Of a stretch of DNA of 64,000 nucleotides, positions 46,698 to 56,844 are shown piece after piece. Below the pieces are notes generated by a model. It worked only from the letters and a program-made list of their open reading frames with translations, ran no database searches and was not told where the DNA came from. Source of the DNA: an uncultured Gemmatimonadales bacterium (GTDB lineage Bacteria; Gemmatimonadota; Gemmatimonadetes; Gemmatimonadales; Gemmatimonadaceae); the NCBI GenBank assembly GCA_963701965.1, contig OY969695.1:1280001-1344000 (forward strand), read 5' to 3'. Within the stretch, counting starts at the first letter, position 1; each line of letters begins with the position of its first letter. The translations under genes were made by a program, and so were the position numbers.

Positions 46698-48644
46698 TCA
46701 CGCCGCCTTGTGCGCGGCGCGCCGCCCGGATCCCCCGGCCGCGCCGGATCGCGCGCCGGCATCGTCCGGACGCGAGGAACGGCGGGCCACGATCGATTCG
46801 GCGGCGAGTGCCAGGAGTGCCACGAACAAGAGCGGCGCCAACACCGATCGCGTGCCGTTGCCGGAGAGGAGCGCTTCGACCCACGCCGGCGGATCGGCGT
46901 ACACGCGCGCGCCCCGGCGCACGCTGCTCTTGAGCCGCCCGGCCAGACCGGCGGCCGGGAGCCGGCGCAGATCCGATTCGCGCGCCTCGCCATCGGACAC
47001 GATCGCCCCGGCGCGGACACCACCGCGGCGCAGGAAATAGACGCCCGGCGTTGCCGGCATGGTCAGGGATGTGCCGACGAGATTGCGCACCACGCCATCG
47101 GGGCCCTCCAACTGCTCGACGCCGTCGGGCCGGTCCACCGTCGCACCCGGCACCGTGTGGAGGATCGCCCCGGTACCCGCGCCCAGTTGCTGGGTGAGGA
47201 CGTCATCGACCCACGGCACAAACGACGCCCGGATCGGAAACGACGTCGCCGCTGGATCGAGCGGCAATGCCACCAGGACATAGCCGGGCCCGGCCACGAT
47301 CCACGGGGCGCCGCCCGCGCGCACGAGCGTATCGCGCGGAGCGACGCCGTAGGCGGTCAGCGGATATCGGCGGGTGACGGAAATGTCGGCGTCGGCGCGT
47401 GTCGTATCGTCATTCAATACGAGACCCGTGATGCGTTCCGGGGCGCCGGTACGCAGGGGCGCGAAGCGCCAGGGGACACCCGCGCGCTCGAGCGCCCGAT
47501 TGGCGGCGCCGACGCGCACAGGGTCGGACGGCGCGACAATGAGCGCCGGCAGCGTGTTGACGCGGTCCGCGGGCACGACCGCGACGCGGGTCGCGCCGCC
47601 GGCCGCCGCACGACCCGTCGACATGAGCGTCGACAGCGCGCCGCTCACGAACGGTCCGACGCCCGAATCCGCGTCAATGGCGGGCGGCGGACCGATCCAC
47701 ACCGCGAAGTGCCGGATGTCATCGGCGCGCAACTCATCGGGCTGGAGCTCGATGCTGCCGGGAAGCCACCCCCGCTCCGAAGGCGCCGCGTGGACCGAGA
47801 CGACCGGCTCCGCGCCCGCGCCGGCGGAGACCGTTCCCCGGGCCAACGTGCGGCCGCCAAGATCGATCCGATAGGTCGCCGAGTCGGCCACGCCGCCAAT
47901 GCGGCCCGTGACGGCGCCACGCGGGGTCCAGCGCACCGGTTGGGCGTCGGCTTCGAGGACGGCGTGATTGGGCGGCGGCGCCGCCGCCGGAGCCAGCACG
48001 ACGACGCGCGTCGCCCCGACATCGACTGGGGTCCCAGGCGCGTTCCACGTCGTCGCCTGCCCATCGGTCAGGACGCCGACGACTGCGTCGCCAGCCGTCA
48101 ATGCGGCGGCGTTGGAGACGAGCGCCGCGGCGCGGGCCACGGCGGCCGGTGGATCGCCCGCCGCTCCCAAAACCCGGACACGGGACAGCGCGGTCCGGAG
48201 CGACGTCGGTGTGCCGCCCTGCACCGCGCCATCGGCGGTCAGGAGCCACACGCGATCCGATACCGAGAGGCGGCCCAGGACGCGCCCGGCGTCGTCCTTG
48301 AGCCCATCGAGCACGGACCGGCCGCCGACGATCGCCAATGTGCTGAGCGAATTGTCCAGCACGAGGGCGACGACCGCGGGCGCATGCGCGGCGGCCGTGG
48401 GGACGAGCCGGCTCACGGGCTTCGCGGCGGCCAGCGCGATCGCGATGATGGCGAGCACGCGCAGCACCAGCAACAACAGATTGCGCAGCTTGACTTGCCG
48501 GCTGTGCTCGCGCTCGGCGCGCAACAGGTACCGGGCCGCGGGAAACTCGATCCGGGTTCCGGTCCGCCGGCGCATGAGGTGGAGCAGCAGCGGGATGGCG
48601 GCGCCCGCGCCGAGGAGGAGCAGAAGCGGAGAAAGAAAGCTCAC
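46698..48644 (-). CDS. BatA N-terminal + vWA-domain membrane protein
   Basis: FLSPLLLL...IPLLLHL (BatA), LDNSLS, VLTDGQ (MIDAS-like), ESDL and a C-terminal TM. Confidence 0.85.
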   Translation of the reverse strand: MSFLSPLLLLLGAGAAIPLLLHLMRRRTGTRIEFPAARYLLRAEREHSRQVKLRNLLLLVLRVLAIIAIALAAAKPVSRLVPTAAAHAPAVVALVLDNSLSTLAIVGGRSVLDGLKDDAGRVLGRLSVSDRVWLLTADGAVQGGTPTSLRTALSRVRVLGAAGDPPAAVARAAALVSNAAALTAGDAVVGVLTDGQATTWNAPGTPVDVGATRVVVLAPAAAPPPNHAVLEADAQPVRWTPRGAVTGRIGGVADSATYRIDLGGRTLARGTVSAGAGAEPVVSVHAAPSERGWLPGSIELQPDELRADDIRHFAVWIGPPPAIDADSGVGPFVSGALSTLMSTGRAAAGGATRVAVVPADRVNTLPALIVAPSDPVRVGAANRALERAGVPWRFAPLRTGAPERITGLVLNDDTTRADADISVTRRYPLTAYGVAPRDTLVRAGGAPWIVAGPGYVLVALPLDPAATSFPIRASFVPWVDDVLTQQLGAGTGAILHTVPGATVDRPDGVEQLEGPDGVVRNLVGTSLTMPATPGVYFLRRGGVRAGAIVSDGEARESDLRRLPAAGLAGRLKSSVRRGARVYADPPAWVEALLSGNGTRSVLAPLLFVALLALAAESIVARRSSRPDDAGARSGAAGGSGRRAAHKAA

Positions 48645-49558
48645 GCGCCGGAGCGACCCTGCCGCGCGGCGAAGGCGCGGCGCAGGGGAAGGCCAAACGG
48701 CGCGTCCGTGAGCACCATCTCGTACCGGGCGCCGTTCCGCGCGAAGGCGGCGCGCCACTCGGCAATGGCGGCATCGACGGTCTCACGGTAGGCGTCGCGC
48801 ACGTCGGCCACGGTCGCCGGCACTTCGAGCGCCGTCTCCGGATCGACGAAGACCGCGTCGCCCGCGGCCGCCAGCTCGCGCTCATCGGGATCCATGACAT
48901 GGAGCACGGTGACATCGTGCCCGGCCACGGAGAGCGCGCGCACGGCGCGGTCGACGGGCTCGACGTCGGTGAGGAGGTCGGAAACCAGGATCACCATCCC
49001 CGGGCGACGCACCATGCGCGCGGCGTGGGCCAAACCATCCGAGGCATTGGAGGCGCGACCCGCGCCCGGGCCGTCGAGCGCGGCGACAATGCGGCGCCAC
49101 TGCGTCGTGCGGGCGCGCGGCGCGACCGACGTCCGGACCGCGTCGTCAAAACGCACCAGCCCCACGGCGTCCCGCTGCCGGAGAAAGAGCAGCGAGATCG
49201 CGGCCACCAACCGCTCGGCATAAGCGAGCTTGGTCAGGCGCTGCGGCGACCCGCGCCACACCATCGACCGGCTGACGTCGAGCACGATCGTGGCGCGGAG
49301 ATTCGTCTCCTCCTCGAACTGCTTGACGACCCACCGGTCGGCACGGGCCGCGATCCGCCAATCGACATACCGGAGGTCATCGCCCGGCTGGTAGGGACGG
49401 TACTCGGCGAATTCCACCGAGAATCCCTTGCGCGGTGAGCGGTGCAAGCCCGCGAGGAACCCGTCGACGATCCAACGGGCGACGATCTCAATGTGACCCA
49501 TCGAGGCGAGCACAGCGGGGTCGAACAAATCGGCCCGGTCGGAACGCGAGCTTTCCAT
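48641..49558 (-). CDS. DUF58 family protein (MoxR-associated)
   Basis: GLHRSPRKGFSVEFAEYRPYQPGDDLRYVDW, KQFEEETN, LVSDL. Confidence 0.93.
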   Translation of the reverse strand: MESSRSDRADLFDPAVLASMGHIEIVARWIVDGFLAGLHRSPRKGFSVEFAEYRPYQPGDDLRYVDWRIAARADRWVVKQFEEETNLRATIVLDVSRSMVWRGSPQRLTKLAYAERLVAAISLLFLRQRDAVGLVRFDDAVRTSVAPRARTTQWRRIVAALDGPGAGRASNASDGLAHAARMVRRPGMVILVSDLLTDVEPVDRAVRALSVAGHDVTVLHVMDPDERELAAAGDAVFVDPETALEVPATVADVRDAYRETVDAAIAEWRAAFARNGARYEMVLTDAPFGLPLRRAFAARQGRSGA

Positions 49559-49622
49559 CACGGATGTTCCATCACGGACCGGGAAAGGTAGACGTGGGTG
49601 CGGAGGCGGTCAATTTTCTGCC

Positions 49623-50393
49623 GTGCCCACGTTGATCATCACTGCCGACGATTTCGGCCTCACACCGTCCGTGACCCGCGGCATCGTCGCCGCCCACGCC
49701 GCCGGCGTCGTCACCGCGACATCGGTCATGGTCGGCCTGGCCGGGTGGTCGGATGCGTGCGCGCGGCTTCCGGACACCGCGCTGGACTTGGGCCTGCACT
49801 TGAATCTCCTCGTCGGCCGCCCGCTCACGCCGGCGCCGACACTTGTCGACCGCACTGGCGCCTTTCTGTCTCTCGCGAAGCTGACCCGGCGCGCTCTCGC
49901 ACATCTCGTCGACCCCGGCGACGTGGCCGCCGAGTGCGCGGCACAGCTCTCGGCGCTGCGCGCCGCGGGCGCGCGCGTCACCCACATCGACAGCCACCGG
50001 CACACGCATCTCCTGCCGGGGGCCTGGAGCGCCGTCATGGGGGTGGCGGCGCGCGAGGGCGTGCCCTATGTGCGATGGCCCAACTTCAAGTTGCTCGCCT
50101 TGGCCGTCTGGCGGCGGCCGACGCCGGGTACGGATCACTTTGCGGGGTTGGGCCTCAATGGGGCGGACGGGTTCGAGCGGTGCGTGCTGGACGTTCTGGA
50201 TCATCTGCAACCGGGAGTCACGGAGCTCATGGTCCATCCGGGATACGACGAGGCAGGGCTGGCGACGGTGGACCCCTACACGTGGCAACGCGAGCGCGAG
50301 CTGGCGGCGCTGACCGGTCCGGCAGTGCGCGGGCGCCTCGAGCGGGGCGACATCACTCTGACGCACTTCGGCAGGCTCGGCCCCCCCGGGTAA
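49623..50393 (+). CDS. ChbG/HpnK/YdjC family deacetylase
   Basis: ITADDFG, GLHLNL, HIDSHRHTH, ELMVHPG, RERE. Confidence 0.9.
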   Translation: MPTLIITADDFGLTPSVTRGIVAAHAAGVVTATSVMVGLAGWSDACARLPDTALDLGLHLNLLVGRPLTPAPTLVDRTGAFLSLAKLTRRALAHLVDPGDVAAECAAQLSALRAAGARVTHIDSHRHTHLLPGAWSAVMGVAAREGVPYVRWPNFKLLALAVWRRPTPGTDHFAGLGLNGADGFERCVLDVLDHLQPGVTELMVHPGYDEAGLATVDPYTWQRERELAALTGPAVRGRLERGDITLTHFGRLGPPG

Positions 50394-50408
50394 GGCTATC
50401 TTTCGAGC

Positions 50409-52205
50409 ATGAAACTCGAGCACATCCGGAACTTCTGTATCGTCGCCCACATCGACCACGGGAAATCCACCCTCGCCGACCGGCTGATCGAGGCGACGGG
50501 GACGCTGGCGAAGCGGGAGATGAAGGATCAAGTGCTCGACACGCTGGACCTGGAGCGGGAGCGCGGCATCACGATCAAGCTCAACGCCGTGCGCATGACG
50601 TACGCCTCTCGATCGGGCCGGGACTATGAGCTCAACCTGATCGACACGCCGGGCCACGTGGACTTCACGTATGAAGTCTCCCGGTCGTTGGCCGCGTGCG
50701 AAGGCGCGATCCTCGTCGTGGATGCGTCCCAGGGCATCCAGGCGCAGACGCTGTCGAATCTCTTTCTGGCGCTCGACGCCGGCCTCACGATTGTCCCGGT
50801 CTTGAACAAGATCGACCTGCCGGCCGCCGAGCCGGAGCGGCGGCGCCAGGAGGTCATGGACCTGCTCGGCGTCTCGCTGGACGACGTCCTCATGGTCAGT
50901 GCCAAAGAAGGTCTCGGCATTCCCGAGCTGTTGGAAGCGCTCGTGGCCCGCGTCCCGGCGCCCGAGGGCGAACCGGACGGGCCGCTGCGCGCGCTCATCT
51001 TCGATTCGTACTACGACCGGTACCGGGGCGCGATCCCCAGTGTGCGCGTGGTCGATGGCTCACTCCTCCCCGGGATGACGATCCGCTTCGGCGCCAGCGG
51101 CGAGCAGTACGTCGTGAGTGAGGTCGGGTACAACCAGCTCCGCCAGGTGCCAGCGCCCGCACTGCGCCTGGGCGAGGTCGGATACGTGGTCGCCAACGTC
51201 CGGCACGTGAAGGAAACGCGGGTCGGCGACACGGTGTTCGATGCGACGCAGCCGCCGGTCGACAAGCTGCCCGGATATCAGGACGTCCGGTCCATGGTCT
51301 TCGCCGGCCTGTATCCGACCGACACGAGCCAGTATGAGAATCTGCGCGACGCGCTCGACCGGCTGCAGCTCAACGACGCGTCGCTCAACTACGAGCCCGA
51401 GACGTCGACGGCGCTCGGATTCGGGTTCCGCGCCGGGTTTCTGGGACTGCTGCACATGGAGATCGTGCAGGAGCGCCTGGAGCGCGAGTTCGATCTGGAT
51501 CTCGTCACCACCGTGCCCAACGTCGAGTACAAAGTCCATCTCGGCAATGGCGACATGATCCTGCTGGAGAACCCGTCGAAGATGCCGGCGGCGGCCGAGG
51601 TCGAGCGCATCGAAGAGCCGTTCGTCAAAGCGCGGATCGTGGCGCCCGCGGAATACATCGGACCCATCATGGCCCTGGGCTCCGAGCGGCGCGGCATCTA
51701 CATCACCATGAGCTACATCGACACCCAGCGCGTGGAATTCGACTTCGAGTTTCCGCTCGCCGAAATCATCCTCGATTTCTACGATCGGCTCAAAACGATC
51801 TCGCGGGGCTACGCGAGCCTCGACTACGAAATGCTCGACTACCGCGCCAGCAGCCTCGTCAAGCTCGACATGCTCATCAACGGGGATCCCGTCAATGCCT
51901 TCTCCGTCATCATTCACCGGGACAAGGCCTACGAGTGGGGTCGGAAGATCGCCGACAAACTCAAGGAACTGATCCCGCAGCAGTTGTTCGAGGTGATCAT
52001 CCAGGCCGCGATCGGCACGAAGGTGATTGCCCGCACCACCGTCAAAGCGCTGCGGAAGAACGTCCTCGCCAAGTGCTATGGCGGCGACATCACGCGGAAG
52101 CGCAAGCTCCTGGAGAAACAGAAGGAAGGGAAAAAGCGCATGAAGCAGGTCGGCACGGTGGAAATCCCGCAGGAGGCGTTCCTCGCGGTCCTCCAGGTCG
52201 AATGA
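50409..52205 (+). CDS. lepA: Elongation factor 4 (LepA)
   Basis: [50 protein letters not shown]. Confidence 0.98.
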   Translation: MKLEHIRNFCIVAHIDHGKSTLADRLIEATGTLAKREMKDQVLDTLDLERERGITIKLNAVRMTYASRSGRDYELNLIDTPGHVDFTYEVSRSLAACEGAILVVDASQGIQAQTLSNLFLALDAGLTIVPVLNKIDLPAAEPERRRQEVMDLLGVSLDDVLMVSAKEGLGIPELLEALVARVPAPEGEPDGPLRALIFDSYYDRYRGAIPSVRVVDGSLLPGMTIRFGASGEQYVVSEVGYNQLRQVPAPALRLGEVGYVVANVRHVKETRVGDTVFDATQPPVDKLPGYQDVRSMVFAGLYPTDTSQYENLRDALDRLQLNDASLNYEPETSTALGFGFRAGFLGLLHMEIVQERLEREFDLDLVTTVPNVEYKVHLGNGDMILLENPSKMPAAAEVERIEEPFVKARIVAPAEYIGPIMALGSERRGIYITMSYIDTQRVEFDFEFPLAEIILDFYDRLKTISRGYASLDYEMLDYRASSLVKLDMLINGDPVNAFSVIIHRDKAYEWGRKIADKLKELIPQQLFEVIIQAAIGTKVIARTTVKALRKNVLAKCYGGDITRKRKLLEKQKEGKKRMKQVGTVEIPQEAFLAVLQVE

Positions 52206-53192
52206 CCGCGGCGGGCGCCGCGACGGACGGCCGCCTCATCGTCCGCGCCCCGAATCATCTTGGTGACCTGGTGCTCGCGTTGCCCGCCCTCGCTGCCGCG
52301 GGCGACGCCGACGTGCTCGTCGTGACCAGTCTCGCGCCGCTGCTCCACTTGGTGCCCCTGCCCGGTCGCATTCTGACGCTGACGCGGGGCGCCGTCGGTG
52401 CGATCGCGGCGGCGCGCGCGCTCCGCGCGGCGCGGTACGCGCGGGGGGTCTTGCTGCCGCCGTCGTTTTCCTCGGCCCTGATCTTCGCGCTGGGCGGCGT
52501 GCGCTCCCGGCGCGGCGTCCCCACGGACGGGCGGGCCGCGTTGCTCAACGATCCCGCGCCCCGGCCCGGCGCGATCCATCGGGCCGCCCAGTATATGGGT
52601 CTGGTGACGCGGCACTCGGGATCTCCGCCGGTGCCGCGGCTGGATGTGCCGGCCCAGGCGCTGGAACAGTGGCGGGGTCTGGTGGGTTCGGAACCGGCGA
52701 TCGGCGTGTTCCCTGGTGGGAACGCCCCCAGTCGCCGGTGGCTGCCCGACCGCTTTACCGAGTTGGTGCGCCGGCTGACGCCGCCGCCGACGGGTCGTCG
52801 TGCTCGGCGCCCCGGCCGAACGGGAGCTCACGGCGGCCGTCGCCGGGACCGCCGGGTTGGACGCGGGAGGCCGGACCGACCTGGCGCTTCTCGCCGCCGC
52901 CATTGCATCCTGTGACCTGCTGGTGACGAACGACACGGGCCCGATGCATCTCGCGGCGGCCGTCGGCACACCGACAGTCTCTTTGTGGGGCGCCGGAGAC
53001 CCGCGGATCACGGGACCGCTCGGCGAGGGCCACCGGATGCTGCGGCACCCGGAGCTCCGCTGTGTACCGTGCGCGAAAAACAACTGCCCCCGCTCCGGCC
53101 GTGGCGATATTCTGGCGGCCGCGCACAAGGAGTGTTTGGCCCTGATCACGGTCGACGACGTCGAAGCAGCGGCCCTCGCCACTATATCATGA
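52202..53192 (+). CDS. GT9 LPS heptosyltransferase (WaaF-like), frameshifted near 52780
   Basis: [22 protein letters not shown] in one frame; [29 protein letters not shown] in the next frame. Confidence 0.87.
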
Positions 53193-54172
53193 CCCAACGC
53201 TATGTCGTCGGTATCGACTTGGGCGGCACCAACATCGCCGCCGGCGCGCTCCCCACGGATGGCAGCGCGGTGCTCGCCTTTCGGACGTGCCTGACGAACG
53301 CCGAGAGCGGCGCCGATGCCGTCGCGTCGCGCATCGCCGATACCGTCGAGGACGTGATCGCCGACACCATGAGAGAAACCGGCGCCGCCCGGTCCGATTT
53401 CCTGGGTGTCGGGATGGGCGCGCCCGGGCCTCTCGACCGCGAGCGCGGCATCGTGATTGTCGCCCCGAACCTGGGCTGGCGCAATTTTCCGTTGCGCGAT
53501 CGCATCGCGGACCGGGTCAATCTGCCCGCCACGCTCGACAACGATGCCAACTGCGCCACCGTCGGCGAATGGTGGTGCGGCGCCGCCCGGGGAGCGCGCA
53601 ATGTCGTCGGGCTCACGATCGGCACCGGCATCGGCGGCGGCCTGATCCTGAACGGCGCGCTCTATCACGGGTCCTCGGACGTCGCCGGCGAGATCGGCCA
53701 TACGACGATCGACTCCACCGGCCGCCGCTGCAAGTGCGGCAACTATGGATGTCTGGAAGCCTACGCCTCGGGCCCCGCCATCGCCGAGCGCGCGCGCGAA
53801 GCGCTGGCCGGCAATGAGGAATCCGTCCTCCCACGCATGGTCGGCGGGGACCTGAGCCGGATCACGGCTCGCACCGTGTACGACGCGGCGCTGCAGGGCG
53901 ACGCGACGGCGCGCGAAGTGGTGCGCGATACCGCGCGGTTCCTCGGCTCGGGGCTCGCCAACCTGCTCAATATCATCAATCCGGATGTCGTCGTCCTGGC
54001 GGGCGGCGTCACCGAGGCCGGGGACGCACTGTTCGAGCCCCTGCGCGCCGAGGTCAAACGCCGCGCGTTCCGGCCGGCGGTGGACGCCTGCCGCATCGTG
54101 CCGGGCATCCTCGCCGGCGCCGCCGGCGTCGTGGGCGCCGTCGCGACGTTCAAGATGCAATCGGGACACTGA
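53189..54172 (+). CDS. ROK family sugar kinase (glucokinase-like)
   Basis: GIDLGGT, NDAN, GTGIGGG, GEIGH, CKCGNYGCLEAY. Confidence 0.93.
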   Translation: MTQRYVVGIDLGGTNIAAGALPTDGSAVLAFRTCLTNAESGADAVASRIADTVEDVIADTMRETGAARSDFLGVGMGAPGPLDRERGIVIVAPNLGWRNFPLRDRIADRVNLPATLDNDANCATVGEWWCGAARGARNVVGLTIGTGIGGGLILNGALYHGSSDVAGEIGHTTIDSTGRRCKCGNYGCLEAYASGPAIAERAREALAGNEESVLPRMVGGDLSRITARTVYDAALQGDATAREVVRDTARFLGSGLANLLNIINPDVVVLAGGVTEAGDALFEPLRAEVKRRAFRPAVDACRIVPGILAGAAGVVGAVATFKMQSGH

Positions 54173-55134
54173 TGCCGAAGCGGGTGGGCGTCATCGGCAC
54201 GTTCGTCTGGGATGTGATCCACGGGCGCGATCCCCGGCGGGAGCCGGTCGAGGAGTGGGGCGGCATCACGTACGCGCTCGGCGCCTTCGACGCCGCGCTG
54301 TCTCCGGATTGGGAGCTCGTGCCGCTGGTACGCGTGGGGCGGGATCTCGCGCCGCGGGCGCGGGAATTTCTGGGCAAGCTCCGCCGCGTGGCGCCCGATG
54401 CCGCGCCGATCGAAGTGTCGTATCCGAACAACCGCGTCGAGTTGCGGTACACGAGCGCCGAGCGCCGGAGCGAAGTCTTGACCGGCGGCATACCCGGGTG
54501 GACCTGGCTCGGGCTCAAACCCCTGCTGCACGGGCTCGATGCCCTGTACGTGAACCTCATCGCCGGCAATGAGCTGGATCTCGAGACCGCGCAGCTCCTG
54601 CGCCAGCACTATCGGGGGCCGATCTACCTGGACCTCCACTCTCTGCTGCTGGACATCGAGCCGAGCGGACTGCGCACGCCGCGGCCGTTGCCGAACGTCG
54701 CCCCGTGGTGCCGCTGCGCGGACCTCCTGCAGGTCAATGAAGATGAGATGGCGCTCATGGCCGCCGATCCCATGGCCCTCGCGGCCACGGCACTGGCCGA
54801 AGGCGTCCGCTGTCTGGTGGTGACCCTGGGGAGCCGCGGCGCGGTGTACTTCGCCGCTCCCGAATTCGACGGCGGCATCGGATGGATGCAGACCAAGCCC
54901 GGACTGGGCGCCGTTCGCACGGCGCTGGTGCCGGCGGTCCCCGCCGAGGGCGCCGAGAACGATCCCACCGGGTGCGGCGATGTGTGGGGCGCGACCTATT
55001 TCTCGCGACTGCTCGCCGGTGATAACTTTGCCGACGCGATGCGCGCGGCGCTGGTGGCGGCGGCTCGGAATGTCGGGCACCGGGGCGCGGCCGGTCTCGC
55101 CCACCACCTGCGCGGAGAGTTGAGCCCGACGTGA
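54172..55134 (+). CDS. PfkB/ribokinase-family carbohydrate kinase
   Basis: GGITY, LQVNEDE, VVTLGSRG, DPTGCGDVWGA. Confidence 0.85.
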   Translation: MPKRVGVIGTFVWDVIHGRDPRREPVEEWGGITYALGAFDAALSPDWELVPLVRVGRDLAPRAREFLGKLRRVAPDAAPIEVSYPNNRVELRYTSAERRSEVLTGGIPGWTWLGLKPLLHGLDALYVNLIAGNELDLETAQLLRQHYRGPIYLDLHSLLLDIEPSGLRTPRPLPNVAPWCRCADLLQVNEDEMALMAADPMALAATALAEGVRCLVVTLGSRGAVYFAAPEFDGGIGWMQTKPGLGAVRTALVPAVPAEGAENDPTGCGDVWGATYFSRLLAGDNFADAMRAALVAAARNVGHRGAAGLAHHLRGELSPT

Positions 55135-56024
55135 CGCACATCATCCCGGTGCCCCCCGCGTTGGACGATAGCACCTTCGAGCAGGTCCTCACGGCCCTCG
55201 CGGCGCTCGGCCCGGAGGACAAAATCCTGCTGGATGCGCGACACTCCCGCTGGGCCACTCCGTATGGCCTCACGGCACTTCTCACCATAGCGCAGACCCG
55301 ACCCGGTCGCCCGAGTCTCGTTCCGCCGGAGGCGGACGAGACGGTGTCGTATTGGACCCGTATGGGGTTCTTTCGACATGCCGACGACCTGTTTGACATT
55401 CAAGGGAGCGTGCCAAAGCACAAGGCCGGCGGCGAGTCGCCGGTCCTCCTGGAGATCACCGCGGTATCGAAGAGCGGCGACGTGCACGACGTCGTGGACC
55501 GGATCCAGCAGCGCGCGCAGAAGATGCTGGCGAGCGAGCTCAATATCGACGCGGCGGCCACGATCCGTTTTGTCACCACGCTCTCCGAGGTATGCCAGAA
55601 CGTCGTGGAGCACGCCGGAACCGGCGGTTGGGTCGCGGTGCAGACCTACCTATGGAAGAAGCGGCTCGGGCGCCGGGTCGTACAGATCGCCGTGTGCGAC
55701 GGCGGCGTCGGGTTCCGCCGCTCCCTGGAGAGCCTGTCCGGCCGTCCCGCGGACGACCGGTGGGACGACGGCATCGCGTTGGAGGAAGCCGTGATTCGCG
55801 GGGTCAGCCGGTTTCGGGACCGCGGGCGCGGGCAGGGTCTGGCCAACGCACGCAACTTCCTGGGCAAGTGGGGCGGCAAATTGTCGATCCGGAGCGGCAC
55901 GGCCCGCATCGCGATTGTCCCATCCTGGGATGATGATCTTCCGTTGCAGCAGGAATTGCCGATGTTTCCCGGAGCGCAGGTGCAGATCACGATCCCCGAG
56001 CGGACCCGCGAGACCACGCCGTGA
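55131..56024 (+). CDS. STAS-like + GHKL ATPase (RsbW/SpoIIAB-like kinase) protein
   Basis: EVCQNVVEHA N-box, VCDGGVGF G1, GRGQGL G2, no HisKA; N-terminal ILLDARHSRWATPYGLTAL is STAS-like. Confidence 0.75.
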   Translation: MTHIIPVPPALDDSTFEQVLTALAALGPEDKILLDARHSRWATPYGLTALLTIAQTRPGRPSLVPPEADETVSYWTRMGFFRHADDLFDIQGSVPKHKAGGESPVLLEITAVSKSGDVHDVVDRIQQRAQKMLASELNIDAAATIRFVTTLSEVCQNVVEHAGTGGWVAVQTYLWKKRLGRRVVQIAVCDGGVGFRRSLESLSGRPADDRWDDGIALEEAVIRGVSRFRDRGRGQGLANARNFLGKWGGKLSIRSGTARIAIVPSWDDDLPLQQELPMFPGAQVQITIPERTRETTP

Positions 56025-56554
56025 TCCAGACCATCGATCTCAGCTCCGTGCTCCGGCGCTCCGTGTGCGAGCTGTATTCCAACCTGGTGACGCGCCCCAC
56101 CGGCGTCGCCGTGCGCACCGAGATCGAGTTGTTGGTCTCGGGGCGACCCGGCGGCGGGCCGGCGCTCACGGTGATCGACTTCACGCACGTGGGATTGCTC
56201 GACTACTCCTGCGCCGACGAAGTCGTGGCCAAGCTCCTGCTACGGTCCACCGACGGCTTCTTCCTGTGCCGTGGGCTCCACGAAGCCCACGTCGACGCCA
56301 TCGAGACCGCGCTCGCCCGGTACGAGTTGGCGCTGGTCGCCGAGGCGGCCGATGGCGCGCCGCAGTTGCTCGGCACGCTCGACGCCGACGCGCGGCGCGC
56401 CTGGGACGCGGTCGCCCGCCTTGGGCGGGCCGACGCCGGTGCCCTGGCGGACGTCCTCTCGCTGGAGACCGGCCACGCCGGCGATCTCCTCGAGCTGCTG
56501 GCCGCGCGGCGGGTGGTCATGCGCGCGGGAACGCACTACCTGAGGTTTCCGTAG
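56021..56554 (+). CDS. STAS-like (DUF4325-like) domain + putative C-terminal winged helix
   Basis: VIDFTHVGLLDYSCADEVV (STAS D-x-S motif); C-terminal ADAGALADVLSLETGHAGDLLELLAARRVV is wHTH-like. Confidence 0.62.
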   Translation: MIQTIDLSSVLRRSVCELYSNLVTRPTGVAVRTEIELLVSGRPGGGPALTVIDFTHVGLLDYSCADEVVAKLLLRSTDGFFLCRGLHEAHVDAIETALARYELALVAEAADGAPQLLGTLDADARRAWDAVARLGRADAGALADVLSLETGHAGDLLELLAARRVVMRAGTHYLRFP

Positions 56555-56558
56555 ATCT

Positions 56559-56840
56559 GTGAGCACCGGGTACAACCCGCCGCTGCGGGTCGCCTCGTTG
56601 ATCGCCACGCGTCGAGGTGACCCTGAACGCGGTCCCGAAGTCCGGATGAACGAAGGCGAGGCCCGCTTGCGTCTCCTTGCCGACGGCCAGTTGTGCCGGG
56701 TCATCGGTCCGCGGCGGCAGGAGATCGCGACGCTGCGCATCGACGACCAACTGCCGCGCGGCGACGTCGTCCTGCGCGATGTCCTCGGTGCTGCTCCCTC
56801 GGAAATCATTCGGATACAAAAACTGGACATTGAGAAATAG
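56559..56840 (+). CDS. Small stand-alone double-psi beta-barrel-like protein (molybdopterin dinucleotide-binding/CDC48-N-like)
   Basis: VRMNEGEARLRLLADGQLCRV...ATLRIDDQLPRGDVVL pattern; tight operon spacing. Confidence 0.55.
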   Translation: MSTGYNPPLRVASLIATRRGDPERGPEVRMNEGEARLRLLADGQLCRVIGPRRQEIATLRIDDQLPRGDVVLRDVLGAAPSEIIRIQKLDIEK

Positions 56841-56844
56841 CCGC

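Noticed and set aside
43931..46933. Very long antisense/shadow ORFs (also 13269-15755, 26193-28451, 46530-48791)
   Set aside because: They lie opposite well-recognised genes and are expected from stop-codon scarcity at high GC.
46698..49558. DUF58-BatA pair lacking moxR as a novel system
   Set aside because: Common family pair; moxR may simply be elsewhere in the genome.
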